Assembly (NCBI RefSeq): GCF_018350175.1 | Contig: NC_058384.1 | Span: forward strand, 24,242,001-24,306,000 | Direction of reading: 5' to 3' | Origin: Felis catus | Lineage: Eukaryota | Length of the DNA: 64,000 bases | In this document: positions 37,251 through 51,453 of the stretch, piece after piece | Layout: every line of letters begins with the position of its first letter | How positions within the stretch are numbered: position 1 is the stretch's first letter | Translations under genes and position numbers: made by a program | Notes under the pieces: generated by a model | Database searches by the model: none | What the model was told of the DNA's origin: nothing | What the model saw: only the letters and a program-made list of their open reading frames with translations

Positions 37251-37340
37251 CATGTCCTTCTGGAGCTGAAGCCTCCTCTGAGTCCGCTTCTGGTTTTCTT
37301 TCACACTGCTGTCCAGGTTTGCAAATTTTGAGGTTCCTTC
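37251..37340 (-). CDS. RGL1: RGL1 exon (~10), 90 nt
   Basis: Acceptor TCGTAG|GAA, donor ATG|GTACGT; EGTSKFANLDSSVKENQKRTQRRLQLQKDM. Confidence 0.95.
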
Positions 37341-39724
37341 CTACGACACAGAAGCACACACAGAGGAGAGGGATGGAGAAGGCCACTAGGAAGAAACACA
37401 GGGGCCTCTAGCTTCCGGTACAGAACCTCTGCACAACCACCCGGTGCCACGCAAAATGAAGAGGCCTCCAGCAGGCTCTGGGCTGAATTTATAGAAATGT
37501 TTGGCTGGCTTGTTGCAAGTGGTCTAATTGCAGTAAGGTCTGCTGGCCTCCGATTTATCCTGTTTTCCCCCTGCTTTGTAAGAAGAACCCTGACTTCGGG
37601 GATAACATCAATGGTCAATAGAAGGCAGGCAATTCCCAAAACGGGAGACCATTTTTACATATCCCGAATTTCACTCAGAGTAATCACATGTCCTGGAAAT
37701 GAAGATCGCTTCCTCAGTACATTTTGTGATTTCTTGATCTGGGCCTGAAATACATGCGCCAGCATTCTGTGAAAGAAAAGGGATGATTCCTGTGGTATTT
37801 CTTAGCTGAAGGAAACTTTTGTACCGGAAGTTTTCTGAGGAAGTCCAGTATCGTGGTGCGGCACTAATCTATGAAAGCCAGACCTTCGCACATTTTTCCC
37901 CCATTTTTCTCGGCCAATCCATCCTCGCAAGTTGCTCCTCAGGTTTGGAACTCTTACAAGTCAATCCTTCCTCCTGGCGCCTGAGGGCGGACGGCTACCC
38001 TTTCTCTCCTCCTGTCTGTTGTTACAACAAACTCTTCCACAATAGTGACTAAACTCCAGTTTGCTGACTGAACACAGTGTTTCGGTTTTGTGGTTTCAAG
38101 GTCTTGTTAAGTTCTCATTTTCCAGGAACTGTATGAATGGGGGGCAAATTTCACAATTCAGTTGGGCATAAGCTCTACAGTAGCTTTTCCTCGGTCAGTC
38201 TTCCTGGGGTTTATAATATCACCACAGCATGTGACCTTTCCCTGCCACATGCTGCAAAAGCATCTTTTGCAGTGACTTGGCCTCTCCGATGTCAGTGAGG
38301 CACCAGTGGCCTCTATCATTCACCTGCCTTAACCTGGGTCCAGAACCTGCAGTGACTCATGATCTATTGCAATTCTCCCCATTACAAATAATAATGAGGA
38401 GCGGTATCATTTAACGAACGCCTACTTAAGAGTTTTATCCTGGTGAATGAATGAAAGCGGCCTAGAATGTGCCATTTCCCATGCTAGGTGGTGATGAGCC
38501 CTCCCGTCTTCTGAAGAATTTGCTTGGAGTGAGAAATCATTTCTGTCTGACTTGAAGGTAAGTGTCCCTTTCCTGTGTGAGTCCCTCTGGTTCCCTTCCA
38601 GTTTGTCAATTGTGTGCAGAAATTATTGAAGATATATCTAAAACTCTTAAGAAGGATTTCTGACAGGTCAAAAGGCTCCTGAGAGCCACAGAATAGCAGA
38701 GAGAGAAGGGAAGAGCGCTCAGGACAGGCTCCGTTCTGGGAGCAAGCCAACAGGCTTGCTCATTTCATGACCTCGCGTTTCTAGACAGTGAGATTCCACT
38801 CCCGGCTGAGTAACTCAAGAGACCGACTGGTGCCAGCTCTCCCAGATGAGGCGCCAATTGAACACCTACTACTTGCACCTCAAACGGTGTCAGTTTTCTC
38901 CTTCTTTGCCCCAAATCCTTCGCTCCGCGGCTCTTACACCACCAATCCCTTGAAACTCCCTAGAACTTCTCACAGGTTTGCTGATGGCCTCACTCTGGCT
39001 CCTTAGGCTCCTCTGCCGGCCATGCTCAGGCTCTTAGTGCCTCCTCGTTCTGCCAAAGTCACCTTCTTGTTTTGCACTACATTCACGTCTTTGGAAATGC
39101 TACCCTTAATGACTGCCCATGTTGGGATGAATTCCAGATCTCTCTTTCTTTCTCCATCAACCTCCTTCTTCCTTCTTACATTCCCTCCCCCTCTGTTTGG
39201 TATCTGTCCTCCTCCACCTCTCTCTCTTTCCCCTTCCCCTCCCTCTCTAGTGAAAATTTCTCACCTGAGTCCCACCTTCTCTCTACCTCTATCTTTGACA
39301 GAGATCGGCTGCCCTCAGCCATCCTGTTCCTGGGCCTCAGAGGGGTCTCTTCTACCAGGCTGTTCCACAGGCACTGGATTCTTCTCAATCAGTATTGCTT
39401 ACGTGGTAGCCCAGAAATTAATGGTAACTATCTGAAAGGACCTTCACAGTCCTAACAGCCTCTGCTCCAACCCCGACTTCAGTATGTTTTGGAACTTCAC
39501 TGCATATCCATCTCTACCACAGCCAAATCCCTAGGCCTTTTTCGCGGTTGTTTGTATCAGTTCAACCAGGGAGAGTTCTCACCAAGATTCCCAAGATCCA
39601 GGATGATTTGGTGGCATTCTGCTTTCCTACTGCTTTAAAATTCACGGACTCTACAATTTATCTGTTCAGAGTTATCGAAGTTCCAGAAATCATAAGGTGG
39701 TAACAGGTTTAAGGTAATTTTTGA

Positions 39725-39944
39725 GGGGTGCCTGGGTGACTCAGTCAATTAAGCATCCAACTCTTGATTTCGGCTCAGGTCACGATCTCACGGTTCATGA
39801 GTTCAAGCCCCGCATCGAGCCACACATCAGGTTCTGTGCTGACAGTGCAGGGCCTGCTTGGGATTCTCTCTCCCCCCACCCTCTCTGCCTCTTCCCTGTT
39901 CACACTCTCCGTCTTAAAATAAACAAATAAATAAACTTAAAAAA
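39725..39944 (+). mobile_element. Can-SINE
   Basis: GGGGTGCCTGGGTGACTCAGTC head, AAATAAACAAATAAATAAAC tail. Confidence 0.9.
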
Positions 39945-42487
39945 GTATATAATCTTTGAGAAAAACAAAAACACTTTTTCCAACAATTACGATGAAAACC
40001 TTAGCTTTTTGCTAATTATTATAATACCTCAGCCATAACAGCACAGGGGTGGACCATGACGTCCACCCAGAAGCAGAAGAGAAGACAGGTCTTTAAGACT
40101 AAGATTACCCAACTGTAAATCATATTAGAAACAGAGGCCAGCAGTTTTTCTCAGTGGTTCTTTTGAGAACCCAAGTACCTTGATTTCATTTTTTTTAACA
40201 ACTGTGCTGAGAATTAACACTCAGAATTATAGACTTCATATGAAGAATGATCAACAAAGGTGACTGGAAAAGGACCTACATACACATATGGCCTGGCCAG
40301 AACATTACACTATCGTTAATGATAATGCACAGACCACATGAATTCATAGCCAAGTTTTTCATTTCCTTGGGATCTGAGCCATGTATAAGAAATTTAACTA
40401 AGAGCACTAGGGTAAAGTTCTACATTTAAGAAAAGTTTACAGGACCTTTAATGTCTACACATAGCTTTGCTTCTAAGGTTTCAGCCAGAAGACTGCCACT
40501 AGGCAATCAGCTGCACAGCGTTCAATTTATCTACATTGGAAGGATGACTCAGAGCTATTGGGATTTGAATATGTGGCTCCAGTTAGTCTAGCTGTGTATT
40601 ACTGACAGGGAGACCACTAAGCCATCTCCTTCCAGCCAGATGAGTTTCCATCTAAAGTCTGCAAATCCAGGGGGATGTGAAGCAGGGAGTAACACGATCT
40701 CAGCAAGCACTGTTTAGTGTGCAGTTAGTCAGGTAGGCCAAATCCAGAGTCAGCATCAGCAGAAACTGCCTTGCTCATATCACCTACTCCAAGAAGGGCT
40801 AAGAGTGGGCGGGTTCTTAAAGTCACGTGACTCATAAGGCCCACCAATTCATGCAGGTGAATGTAGTTTCTGAACACTTGCGGCATGCCAGTCGCTGTGT
40901 TAGGCATTAGGGATGTAACAGTGAAAAAACAAACCCAGTCCCTGCCTGCAAGAGGCTTTCAGACTGGCAGGGAGGCAGTCTGAGTACCCAGCAGAGTCCA
41001 CAGTGAGACCTGAAGGAGGAGTAGCACTTAGAAGGACAACAGTCAGGAAGACCATAACAGACGCCCTTATAGGAATGACTAATGTTAACAGTCATCAACT
41101 GGATGCCTCTTCTCGGCAACCCCACCTCCGCTAGGCTTGCATCCCTACTCCACGTGTCTGCTCTAAGCTTGCACATGTAGCATGTACTTCATTCGCGTTC
41201 ATTTGTTAGGCATACTTTGGCTTCATATTGTGCACAGAGCATGCCAAATACTAAAAACACATTTGCATAGTGCTTTCAAATATTTTCTCTTAGTGAATCT
41301 TCAAAACAATTCTATGATGTCGGTGGACTAAATACTCTTATTGTCTCCAATTTACAGAAAAAGAGACCAAGGACAAGGATCATATCCTCTAATCGCCCAG
41401 GTCACAGCTTCCCCCTATGGTAATGCATGTTATACGATTTTATAATTGTCTACTTCTCTGCCTCCACCATGAGACTGTAATCTCTTTAAGATCAGAGACT
41501 GCCTTCAATGTGATGCCTAGGATATAATGAATGTTCAACTAACAGTTGTTCAATGACTAATTTATCTTCTCTGTGAAGTTTTCTCTGATCTACCCTATCC
41601 CCTACTCCTAAGTGGTAGGAATTTACAGTTTTATGGCTAAGTGATAAAAACACAGGTTTTAGAGTCTCAGTAGGCAGGGTTCACATTCTAGCTCCACCAC
41701 CTACCAGGTGTGTGATTTAAGAGGTATTATTTACCTCTCTGAGTCTTGGCTATCTGCAAAACAAGGATGATACAATCTACTGTAGATTTTTATCCACAGT
41801 AAATTTCTAGAAAGGCTGTGAAGATAGGATCTGGCCTATGTTCCCTTCTGATGATCCTTCACAACCTGTTATTTGTACCTTTACTTGACTGTTCTTGTTT
41901 AGTGCCAACATCCACCACCCAGAGGATGAATTCTTGAAAAGAGGGTCTGTGTTGGTCACCTTCATATTCCTAGAGGCTGCTCCAATGTTTTACGAATATT
42001 GGACACTCAACAAATGTCTGGAGAAATAAAATAAACCAAGCTACACTTTTACCTGCCTGTAGTTCAGAAGTCAGCACTCACTTGGCGTTCAATAAATACT
42101 GCTGACAGACTGTGCAATTTAGTCCAGATAAAGGATGTGGAATTGCAGGCTTGGTCTCTGTCATTCTAGAAGATGTTTTGCTGAGAAGGGACACTCCAGG
42201 GCCTCTCACCCACCTATCTGCAGAGCAGCTCGAACAGATACACACTGGAGCACAAGTTTCACAATCTGGTTGTGTAACCGGGAAGCCAAGGACTGGACTT
42301 TCAGTTTTCTCAGCCCCAAGCTCCTTAGATTGGGCACAAAAAAAACCCCACAAAATTTCTGCCTTCTAGTCCCTTCAGGCTTTCTCCGGGGACTGTAGGA
42401 ATGTAAGGAGCCCTCAAGCCACTCCCGCCTTGAAGGGATTCCAGAGCTGGAGACAATGTGACCCAGCACCCCCACCTAGAGACCCAC

Positions 42488-42572
42488 CTTCATTAGGAGT
42501 TCCCGGCTGGTCAAATGGTTATTATGGTCAGAGAAGATATCTGAAAGCTCTTCAAACATCAGCATTCGGTCC
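42488..42572 (-). CDS. RGL1: RGL1 exon (~9), 85 nt
   Basis: Acceptor TCACAG|G, donor AAG|GTGGGT; DRMLMFEELSDIFSDHNNHLTSRELLMK. Confidence 0.95.
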
Positions 42573-42884
42573 CTGTGAGAGGGGTTAAGAAAATATTCAC
42601 AAATAAAGAGTCAGTGAAAGTCCCACACCTTGGGCCCTGCTGCTCTCAGTTACCTATGGCTCCAGAGGGATCACACTGATCTCAGGATCAGTGAGGGTTG
42701 TGAGCGCAGATGAAGCCAATGGCTTTGTTCATGCAGGGTGTTTTTTTTTTTTTTAAGGTAGACATGGTCACCTATGTGAAGAAACGGATTTTTCTAACCA
42801 TGTACATTATAATCATAAAAAAGAATCGTTAAATTGGGGTATCAAGTTGTTCCACCGGGACATGTTCTTAAAAAAAAAAATCTC

Positions 42885-43080
42885 GGGCACCTGGGTGGCT
42901 CAGTCAGTTAAGTATCTGGCTCTTGATTTCAGCTCAGGTCATGATTTCAAGGTTGATGAGCTCGAGCCCCGCACTGCACTCTGTGCTGACAGCACGGAGC
43001 CTGCTTGGGTTTCTCTCCCTCCAATTCTCTCGCCTTTCAAAATAAATAAATGAACTTAAAAAACAATTTTTTAAAAAAAT
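42885..43080 (+). mobile_element. Can-SINE
   Basis: GGGCACCTGGGTGGCTCAGTCAGTTAAG head, A-rich tail. Confidence 0.9.
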
Positions 43081-43214
43081 TTTATCTCAGAATACACACA
43101 GAGCCCTGCAGGACCTGAGAAATCATGTTGGCCAAGGTCAGGGACTTGTCCACGTTGCCATTGCTAAGTGTTGAGACTAAATTTCCTGAATCACAGCCTG
43201 GTGCTCTCATCTCA

Positions 43215-43420
43215 GAGCCATAACAGATGGAAGCAGAACAGGCTGTGGTCAGGGGAGTGGGTTCAAATCCCCGCTCTGCCACTCACTCCCCAAGTGATTG
43301 TGGGCAATTCGCTTACTTGCTTAGGCTTCCACTTTCTTACCTATACAATGAAAATTCTAGGAATCCCTCTGAAAGACTGCTGTGAAGTCAGCAGGATCAC
43401 ATATGCAAAGTGTCTACTCT
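43215..43420 (+). mobile_element. MIR SINE
   Basis: GGGTTCAAATCCCCGCTCTGCCACTCACT..GTGATTGTGGGCAA..TTTCTTACCTATACAATG. Confidence 0.7.
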
Positions 43421-45314
43421 GCCTCTGCCAGTCTACTACATGTCCACGGGCCTCATGCTTTACTCTGCACCCCTCCAGGGTTAGTGAGTGGAGGGCTCTG
43501 AAGGCAAAGAATTAACGGGACAATATCACTCTATATGCAGCATTTCATTATCATGAGAAAGCCACCATTAACTTATTTGTTTTACAATGAGTGTAATATC
43601 ACTGTTATAATAAAGAAAACCAGCAAAGCTATTTACATTTTGTAAAAAATAAGAACTTAATCAAATGCGGGCCTACATAAACAGAAATAAACAGACGTCT
43701 TTTCTGTCCACTGAAAGTTATTAGCATAAAGGATTATAGGGAAAGTGATAACCAAATAAGGTATCTTAACCCTGTCCCTTGAATTTAGCAATGAAAGACA
43801 TGGAAAGCTGGTATGAAAGTGTCTTCTCTAGAAACTGTGACACTTCTGTAGCATCCCCACTAAAACATGAACCAACCAAGAAACAAACCAGACACCCACC
43901 CAACCAAGCCAGAATGTGGCTTTGAGGTTTGTTTTGTGGTGAAATAGTTTACAAAGCTAACTGAAAGAATGAACCTTCTCATATGGTAACCAAGAGATTA
44001 AGCTCCAGCTCCACTAACTTTTTCATTTGTGTTTTAGCCTCAAATTTGCTGTGCAGGAACTTTTGGCTAAGTGACTTTCCACAGCGTGCTGTTTATCAAC
44101 TACCAAAGAAAGATAGGATCACCTTTCATTGCAATCACAGAAGACTGCAACCAGGCACAGGTGGTATTTTAGCACCTGACCGTCCCTTTGGTTTTGTTTT
44201 TGACACCACAGTAAGGGAACGGTGATGAGGGCAAGGAGAGGGCTCTGGGGCTATTGAACATGAGGACTCTGCATGCATCTGATTTTCCCATTGTATTTTA
44301 CGAACGCCTGTCATCTAATGCCTTTATAATGCCCATATCTTTCATAAGATTTACATGCAAAGGAAAACCAATTAATCTTTCACCTACAGAGTCAGCTTGA
44401 CTATTCGAAGTAATGAAGAAGAGAAAGAACCAAGAAATAAGTGGTAATCAAAAACATTGCTTTGGACTTTGAAAAGCCTATCTGCCAGGTTTTCTTCTGG
44501 TAGATAACAGTATTATAAACAGAGAAGGAGCTCTGGAGTCTCCAAGTGGCTGTGGCTTCTACGGCTCTGTAACACCAGGCATTACAACCACCCACTTCAA
44601 TTTTTTCTGCTGGCTCATCAAAGATTTATTTCATAAGTAATTTGACTTCCCCCAAGTAGACTCTCCTCTGAGAATATGAGCCCACTGGTATGCACTCATT
44701 TTTCAGCAAAAATTTATGAAATTCTGGTTTACCTATCTGGGTTTCTTGCAAGTTTGGATAGTGTCAGTCCCTTAGGGCTTAATCAGCTCTGAGTGAACTC
44801 ATGAAACCGAGTACCTAGACTTTCCACTCTTAAGCACCAAACCCACCAATTCCACAGGGGCAGGCCTGCCTGGGAAACCAGCTGGCCCCTCTCTTGGCTG
44901 CAACCGACCATACTACATACAGTATAGACTGTAAACAGTTTACACATTCTTTCCTGATATGCCTGCCTTCTTGATTAGTTCAAACCTAGGTAGACCTGTT
45001 GAATGTAATTGGCCTCGTTTGTAGCCATGACATATTCCCCAGCTTCTAAGGCTGTGTGGATAGGGAACTGGAGCTGCCTCCTCCTTCACCTTTCCCTCCT
45101 TTGCAAAAAGTTCTCTGGTCTCCAGGGGAAGCTCTGGAAATAGGGGAATGAAGATGGCGAAACAATAAGGACATTACATCGTTCATTGTCCCAAAGGTTA
45201 CACCAAGAAATATGAAGAAAAACAATATAAAACGTGGCCAGTTAATAATGTTAGTCAGGTCCCTAGGCAGGAACATTTAGGGATTTTTAATATCACTAAG
45301 ATAGCGTTTAACTC

Positions 45315-45542
45315 GGGGCGCCTGGGTGGCTCAGTCGGTTAAGCATCCGACTTCGACTCAGGTCATGATCTCGTGGTCCATGAGTTCGGGCCCCGCGTCG
45401 GGCTCTGTGCTGACAGCTCAGAGCCTGTTTCAGATTCAGATTCTGTGTCTCCCTCTCTCTCTGACCCTCCCCTGTTCATGCTGTCTCTCCCTGTCTCAAA
45501 AATAAATAAACGTTAAAAAAAAATTAAAAACAAAAACCAAAA
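45315..45542 (+). mobile_element. Can-SINE
   Basis: 15-bp TSD AAGATAGCGTTTAAC at 45298-45312 and 45543-45557. Confidence 0.94.
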
Positions 45543-46000
45543 AAGATAGCGTTTAACATGCTGAAACAGAAGTTAAGTAAGTAGACTCCTGCTAAACAGC
45601 AAGAGCTAGCGTCCTATCTACACACATGCTCCCTCACATCTTGGAACAGCCTAGGGCTTTGGAGCGTGGCTGAGAAATAACCAGAAGGAATGGCCGCACT
45701 GCTGTAACTTCATCACTCCACACCCTTCCCCCTCAGACTCTAGATGACAAGCACATCCTTCAAATCATCCCAAAGCCAATACTCTTGATGTTGGTGCACT
45801 TCGCAGATGAGTCTGACTTCTCTGCCTAAAAACTCATTAATGATTATGTGTCAAGTGCACCCTGCCTGGGACACGCAGAGGCTTTCAAATACGTTTCTCT
45901 AGTTACAGAATATGGGCTTTGAAGGCAAGGACCCATACCATTTATACAGTGACTAAGTCACCCCAGCCAAAGAAAGCAGAGTGGACACTTGGGAACTTAC

Positions 46001-46104
46001 TTTGGGACGACGGCCCAGGTCTTTTTTAACCTATAGATGGAATTGGACTGCAGTGCCGAAATGATGGCCCTCAAGGAAGAAAAATTCTTCAGGATTCTAC
46101 ATTC
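46001..46104 (-). CDS. RGL1: RGL1 exon (~8), 104 nt, CDC25 domain
   Basis: Acceptor ATACAG|GAA, donor AA|GTAAGT; [34 protein letters not shown] (RasGEF NFSS...RLKKTW motif); not in the ORF track. Confidence 0.95.
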
Positions 46105-47351
46105 CTGTATGGAGGGTGATTAAAACATAAAAGGCATTTTAAATATCAATAATACTGCGAGTTGGTGGTTTCCTGTTTTAGAGGTATCACAGCTGCTATG
46201 AATTCTTACCACTAAATAGGCAGCTGTATAAATACTCAACATCAAAAAGCAGCTCCTTACTCCCACCCCAGTCACCGAAACACTTTATAGGTTTTGGCAC
46301 TGTATGCTTGTTTTTCTCCCTTTAATATATTTTTTGCGTTGTTGTTATAGTTTTATGGTTTCCAGCTTTCCTCGTAAAAACACGAACGGAGGTGAGTCTG
46401 CAAGGCTATGCTAGGGAAAGCAAACTTTCTTCTGCTGAAAGCACACAGATGCCCTAAAAACACACATGAAAGGTCACTATATCCTTTAGACCCACAGTGT
46501 GAGCCGGGCAGCGGCCACCGGGAGGTCAGATGGTATCGAACATCTCATGACCAACCCTTGCCCAGAGAGGTGTATATAACTTGGCAATAAACATTCACCA
46601 CAAGTTGAACTTTGGCTTTCATGCTCTTAGCCAAGAGGGAATATTTTTATACACACGCATTTCGTTTCAAATTGGCTTGTGCCACAGTCATAAACATTCA
46701 GAAACACCTTGGTACTTCGCTGTTTCCAAAATAAGCCGGAGCTTTTAAAATGAAATCCATTTTGGCAGCATTTTAGAACAAAATCAAGGAGGACAGGAAA
46801 TAGTCTGGATGTCGTTTTCTGGGTAAAGAGAAAGGCTCTCTGATCCTGAAACTTAAGCTACCGCACCGAGTGGATAGCCTCGGCAGCCAGTGACCCTGGA
46901 GTCAAAGTCCTGCCGCATGAATGGCGGGGACAGCAAAAAAGGTGAGGGAGGGAGAGAGTCCCATTCTTGGCACCATGGGGAGAGTGGATTATGTCTTATG
47001 TCAAAGGAGATGTTTCATATGCAGGCATTTGGGAGTGTAGTCTATCCACTGTTTACAATTGAGTACACCGTGTGGGCACGGGGTTGGCTTTGTGCAGAAC
47101 ATCTGAAGCAAGAAATTCCAAAATGGTTGGGCAGAACAGCACATTGCTTAGAAGGTCAATTCATGAAGTAATGCTAATCCCGAATAGGAAGGAAAAACAG
47201 CATTCTCTAACTTAGCTTGTCAAAATCCGGCTACTTAAAACTATGCCCAACAAACAAACCTCCAAACATTACTTCCTTAGAGTATAGGCCAAAGTATTTT
47301 ACAAAAGTCATGCCCACTCTTTTTAAATGTCTCAATGCCTTCCCCTTATTT

Positions 47352-47368
47352 GAAAAGAAAGAAAGAGA

Positions 47369-47405
<37 letters not shown>
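47352..47405. repeat. (GAAA)/(GA)n purine repeat
   Basis: Read directly. Confidence 0.9.
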
Positions 47406-47406
<1 letters not shown>

Positions 47407-49445
47407 ACTCTGAATTACAGTCAGTCTGGAAACCCAAACCCATGAGAGCATGGTTCAACAAAGGTTCAGAATCCAAAAGTCATGCTCCAAAAATCAAGGA
47501 ACTTGCAATAAATAAAGGAACTCAGGCACAGATATTTCATGCAAATTGTAATAAACATATGGAACACATTATTCAGAAAGAGGCTTAAGCTAAGGGTTTT
47601 AAAGGAGTACAAAAGACATTTGGCCCCGTTTCTAGAAAGGGAGGTATCTTCCAGGAGACGTGGTGCAAAAGTAAAAAGAAAACACAGCAGCAAGGCCAGC
47701 CCAAGAAAATATAATCACATCAGGTCACAAATATGTTCTGTGTGTAAAATTATTATCGTTTTTTCAAATATCCTCTCGATAGAAACTGAGTATGATTAAT
47801 GCAAGAAAAGTAAAATAAATCTTGGCAGGAAACCACCTATGAGTTTCATTATTTTATTAAATTACTCCACACAATTTCAAGGGACACAACGTGCTCAATA
47901 TTAGGAAACTACACCACCAAGAACAAAGACCCCTGGCTTTTAAATATGTGCTATGGGATTTGGAATATACCTCAAATTGTTCAACTTGCATTTCTTATTA
48001 ACACATATGTGCACAATTTGTATTTAATTTGGACCAAAAGTCATTGAGCCACACTGTCATACACACAGATGCTATATTCTTGCTATAGACTTTCTAAGTA
48101 GTTGAATGGATTAAAAGATATGGCATTTATGGCCAAAACAAAAATTTTTTCTTCTCATTCTGAGAAGGCAGAAATTCCATGCTTTATTCCACTCTATCAG
48201 AAATTCTTTTTATAGCTCTTGAGAAATTAGCTCAATTCAGAATAGGAGAAATCTAAGTTGTAAGACACTGTTCTCTTACTTCATATACGAAAAAGTCTGT
48301 GGTAACCGAGCACCTAAAAATTCAAAATAAGGCAAATCCTCTAGCACAATTATGGCCCTGCTCTTTGATCAAAGACAACAAAGAGAATGTAAAATACAAA
48401 GAGAGAGAGAGAGTGTGGGTGTGAAAATGTAAGCATTATGCCCTAAACAGGAGGGCTTAATGAAAAAAGTATATTAGGATAGAAAGCAAAATGGGTTTTG
48501 GTTGAGGGTTGACTCACATAACCCAGAACATGGACTAATAAGATATTTACATAATAATTATTTTTCAAAGTTGTTGTTAATTACATAGCTTTTGCTGATG
48601 TAATTTCTTCTGTCTAGGAAAAAAAAAATCTAACTCAATCTTCAAATACCAAAAATTCTATCTAGTATTAAAGCTAAATCCAAAAGTCATCCTATCCATG
48701 AAGCCCTCCTCAATCCCCCCAGAAGTGGTTTCTCCCTCCTCCACTGCAGCTTATCTCGGAGGGCCCCTCTCCTCTTCTGCCTCAGCTGAGATCATCCCAG
48801 TATATCTCAGAGTATCTTGGCTTCCTTGTGTGACTACAGGCTCCTGTAAGATTACATTAATTGTGCCTATCCTCACAATGTCCCCAAATTACATAATATT
48901 GTAGCTTATGTGCATTTAGGAGCGCATGAAATGTCTGGTGACCAACTGACTGAATACTGTTCACGTTTCCACAGTCATGAAGATACTGATAAGCGAAAGT
49001 CATGCAGTATGTAAGCAGCTGACCCAGAGCCCAGACTGACACTCAGCAGAATGTAATTCAGACCTAGGAATAAACTCTGCCCTTCTACCTTCAGATAGAA
49101 GGTCCTCAGAAAAGCCCCAGATTAATGTGAAATCTGGGCACCTCAGTCCTTCAGGAAAGAGATTCAGGATTCTGAGAAGGTACTGGCTCTTCAAGTCTGC
49201 AGAAGACATAATGCTTCCGGGTGCTGGAAGGGTGCCTAGGTAGGTGATCATTCTGCAGTGAAGAGTAATCAGTTTGGCACTTAGACCATCAAGTTGTATT
49301 TACTGAACACGGGGCAGAACTGACACTCAGTTGGTGACTATAAGGGGAAAAGCAGGCATATGTCACCCTGGAGATGCAGCAGTGTGCAGGCCCATGAGCT
49401 GAAAGAAGTGAGCAAGGGACCGATTTTCTTTAAAGAGGAAAAATA

Positions 49446-49630
49446 GGAGCACCTGGGTGGCTTAGTGGGTTAAGTGTCCGGCTTCGGCTCAGGTCATGAT
49501 CTCACGGTTCGTGGGTCCGAGCCCCGCATAGGAGCCTGCTTCAGATTCTGCGTCTCCGCTCTCTCTGCCCCTCCCCCCCTCGCACGCTGCCTCTCAAACA
49601 TAAATAAATATTTAAAATTTTTTTTAAAAA
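49446..49630 (+). mobile_element. Can-SINE with internal deletion
   Basis: 15-bp TSD TAAAGAGGAAAAATA at 49431-49445 and 49631-49645. Confidence 0.92.
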
Positions 49631-49833
49631 TAAAGAGGAAAAATAAGCTCCTATTTAAGAAAGACCATTTTTTCTTACTTTGGAAGAAGAATAACAGCAA
49701 CAAAAACCCAGGGGGTCCTCACATATGTTGTTTGATTGCCTTTCAGCCAAATGGATAGACCCATTTAAACGGAGAGAAGGAATCGTCTCCAGTATCTACT
49801 AAATACAAAGAATATTTTTAAAAAGATAATTAC

Positions 49834-50049
49834 GTGAGCAATGTTAATCCACTTCTCGATGACTTTGGCTCTCTGTTGAGTTTTGAGTTCTCTGCCCCCC
49901 AGGATGGTGCTGACAACACATTTGGTGAGGGTGTTAAACTGAGAGATGGTAGCACGGATGGTAGGAGCCAAATGTTTGTTTTCCTTCTTATCCCTCTGAG
50001 ACCAAATGCAGCCCAGGCAGTGGTGAGGCACTACTTTCTTGAATAGTTG
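49834..50049 (-). CDS. RGL1: RGL1 exon (~7), 216 nt, CDC25/RasGEF domain
   Basis: Acceptor TTCCAG|CAA, donor CAC|GTAATT; QLFKKVVPHHCLGCIWSQRDKKENKHLAPTIRATISQFNTLTKCVVSTILGGRELKTQQRAKVIEKWINIAH. Confidence 0.96.
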
Positions 50050-51453
50050 CTGGAACAGAAGAGAAGCTGAGTTTAAGGACAACACAGACACTTCATGTGG
50101 GAAAGCACATAGTCTGGGTCATCTGTGAATTGGTATTTTGTAAATGGACAAATAACCCTTTTCTACTTGACTTGCCTCGTGGTGTCTATTTCAATGGACA
50201 AAAGTAAATAATTAATATGTTAACTGGTCAGAAAAGCCCACATGTTCTTTCTCAATCTGCTCGACTGAACAAACAGAACACGACGGCCAAAAGAAAATTC
50301 AAGGGACCGACAACATTTTGACTTTCCTGTCTTGAAGGATAGGTAAAAATCTATACTACTAATCAAAAAAAAGTGGTTGAGGTGGTTTTGACCTCAAAAT
50401 CATATACACGGTCCGTTCTAGGCGCTCACGATCGTGAATTGTGTATAATGCATAGGGATGCCCAGTGACCACCTGACAAGTGATCCAAAGTACAGTGCAT
50501 GCGATGCTGTCACCAATGTCACTATTTCACATGATGTTTTAAATAAAGAAAGTAAGCATATAAAAGGAAAAACTATTCAACGTCACACAGTAAAATAAAG
50601 ACAGAGGAACATAAAGCCTGGTTTCCAGGTCTTTGCCTAAAAGTCATAGCCAATGAAGTTTCCGGTCTTTCTTTTACGCTATCAACTGTGGAACAAAAAC
50701 AAAGCCAAATTAGTCAACTAAACGGGATTCTCATCTGTAGGGCAATTCAAGGCAAGACACATAAGGGTTTATATAAAAGAGAGAACACAGGGATTTACTT
50801 TACGTAGACTATCTGATTTGCTTCTGATACTTTATTTGCATGCTCACTAGATGGAAACTCTGTCACTTTACTTGCTGCTTTCTTCAAAGTAGTAAGTGTA
50901 CGAGAGTTTAAACCGTCACGATAATTTATAATAGTCTATTTACCAGCTGACACTGAGCTAGGACATGTGACTGATGAGATCAAATATGCACGGCTAACAA
51001 ACTTCGGGAAAGTACAGGAGACACACATGGAAATGAACTGCCAGATACAGTCACATTTGGATTCAGCGAACTTATTTTATCCTAATTTATACTTTGACCG
51101 CTTCACAATCCTCCAAATAAACCGTTCAGATCTTGAAATATTTATGAGTCTAGAGGGAGAGAATACCCACGGAACAGGACGATTTTGTTTCCTGAGAGTT
51201 AGAATTCTTACTTCCATGTATCAAGTGCCAAGTAAAAAGCACCTTCACCCGGCTTTGCAAGAAGAGCTTAAGCCTGAATTATTCAGATGATTGATTCAAG
51301 TCCCATCTTCACTCCGCATTTACAGGCATAGCCTCTCCTGGGGATTCAAAAAGACTTAAATCACATTACCCCACTGCCCTCCCCAGCCCACCAGTACTGT
51401 CACTCCCCACATTTTAAGTAGCAGCACATCGGAAGCACAAAGAGAAGACCTAC

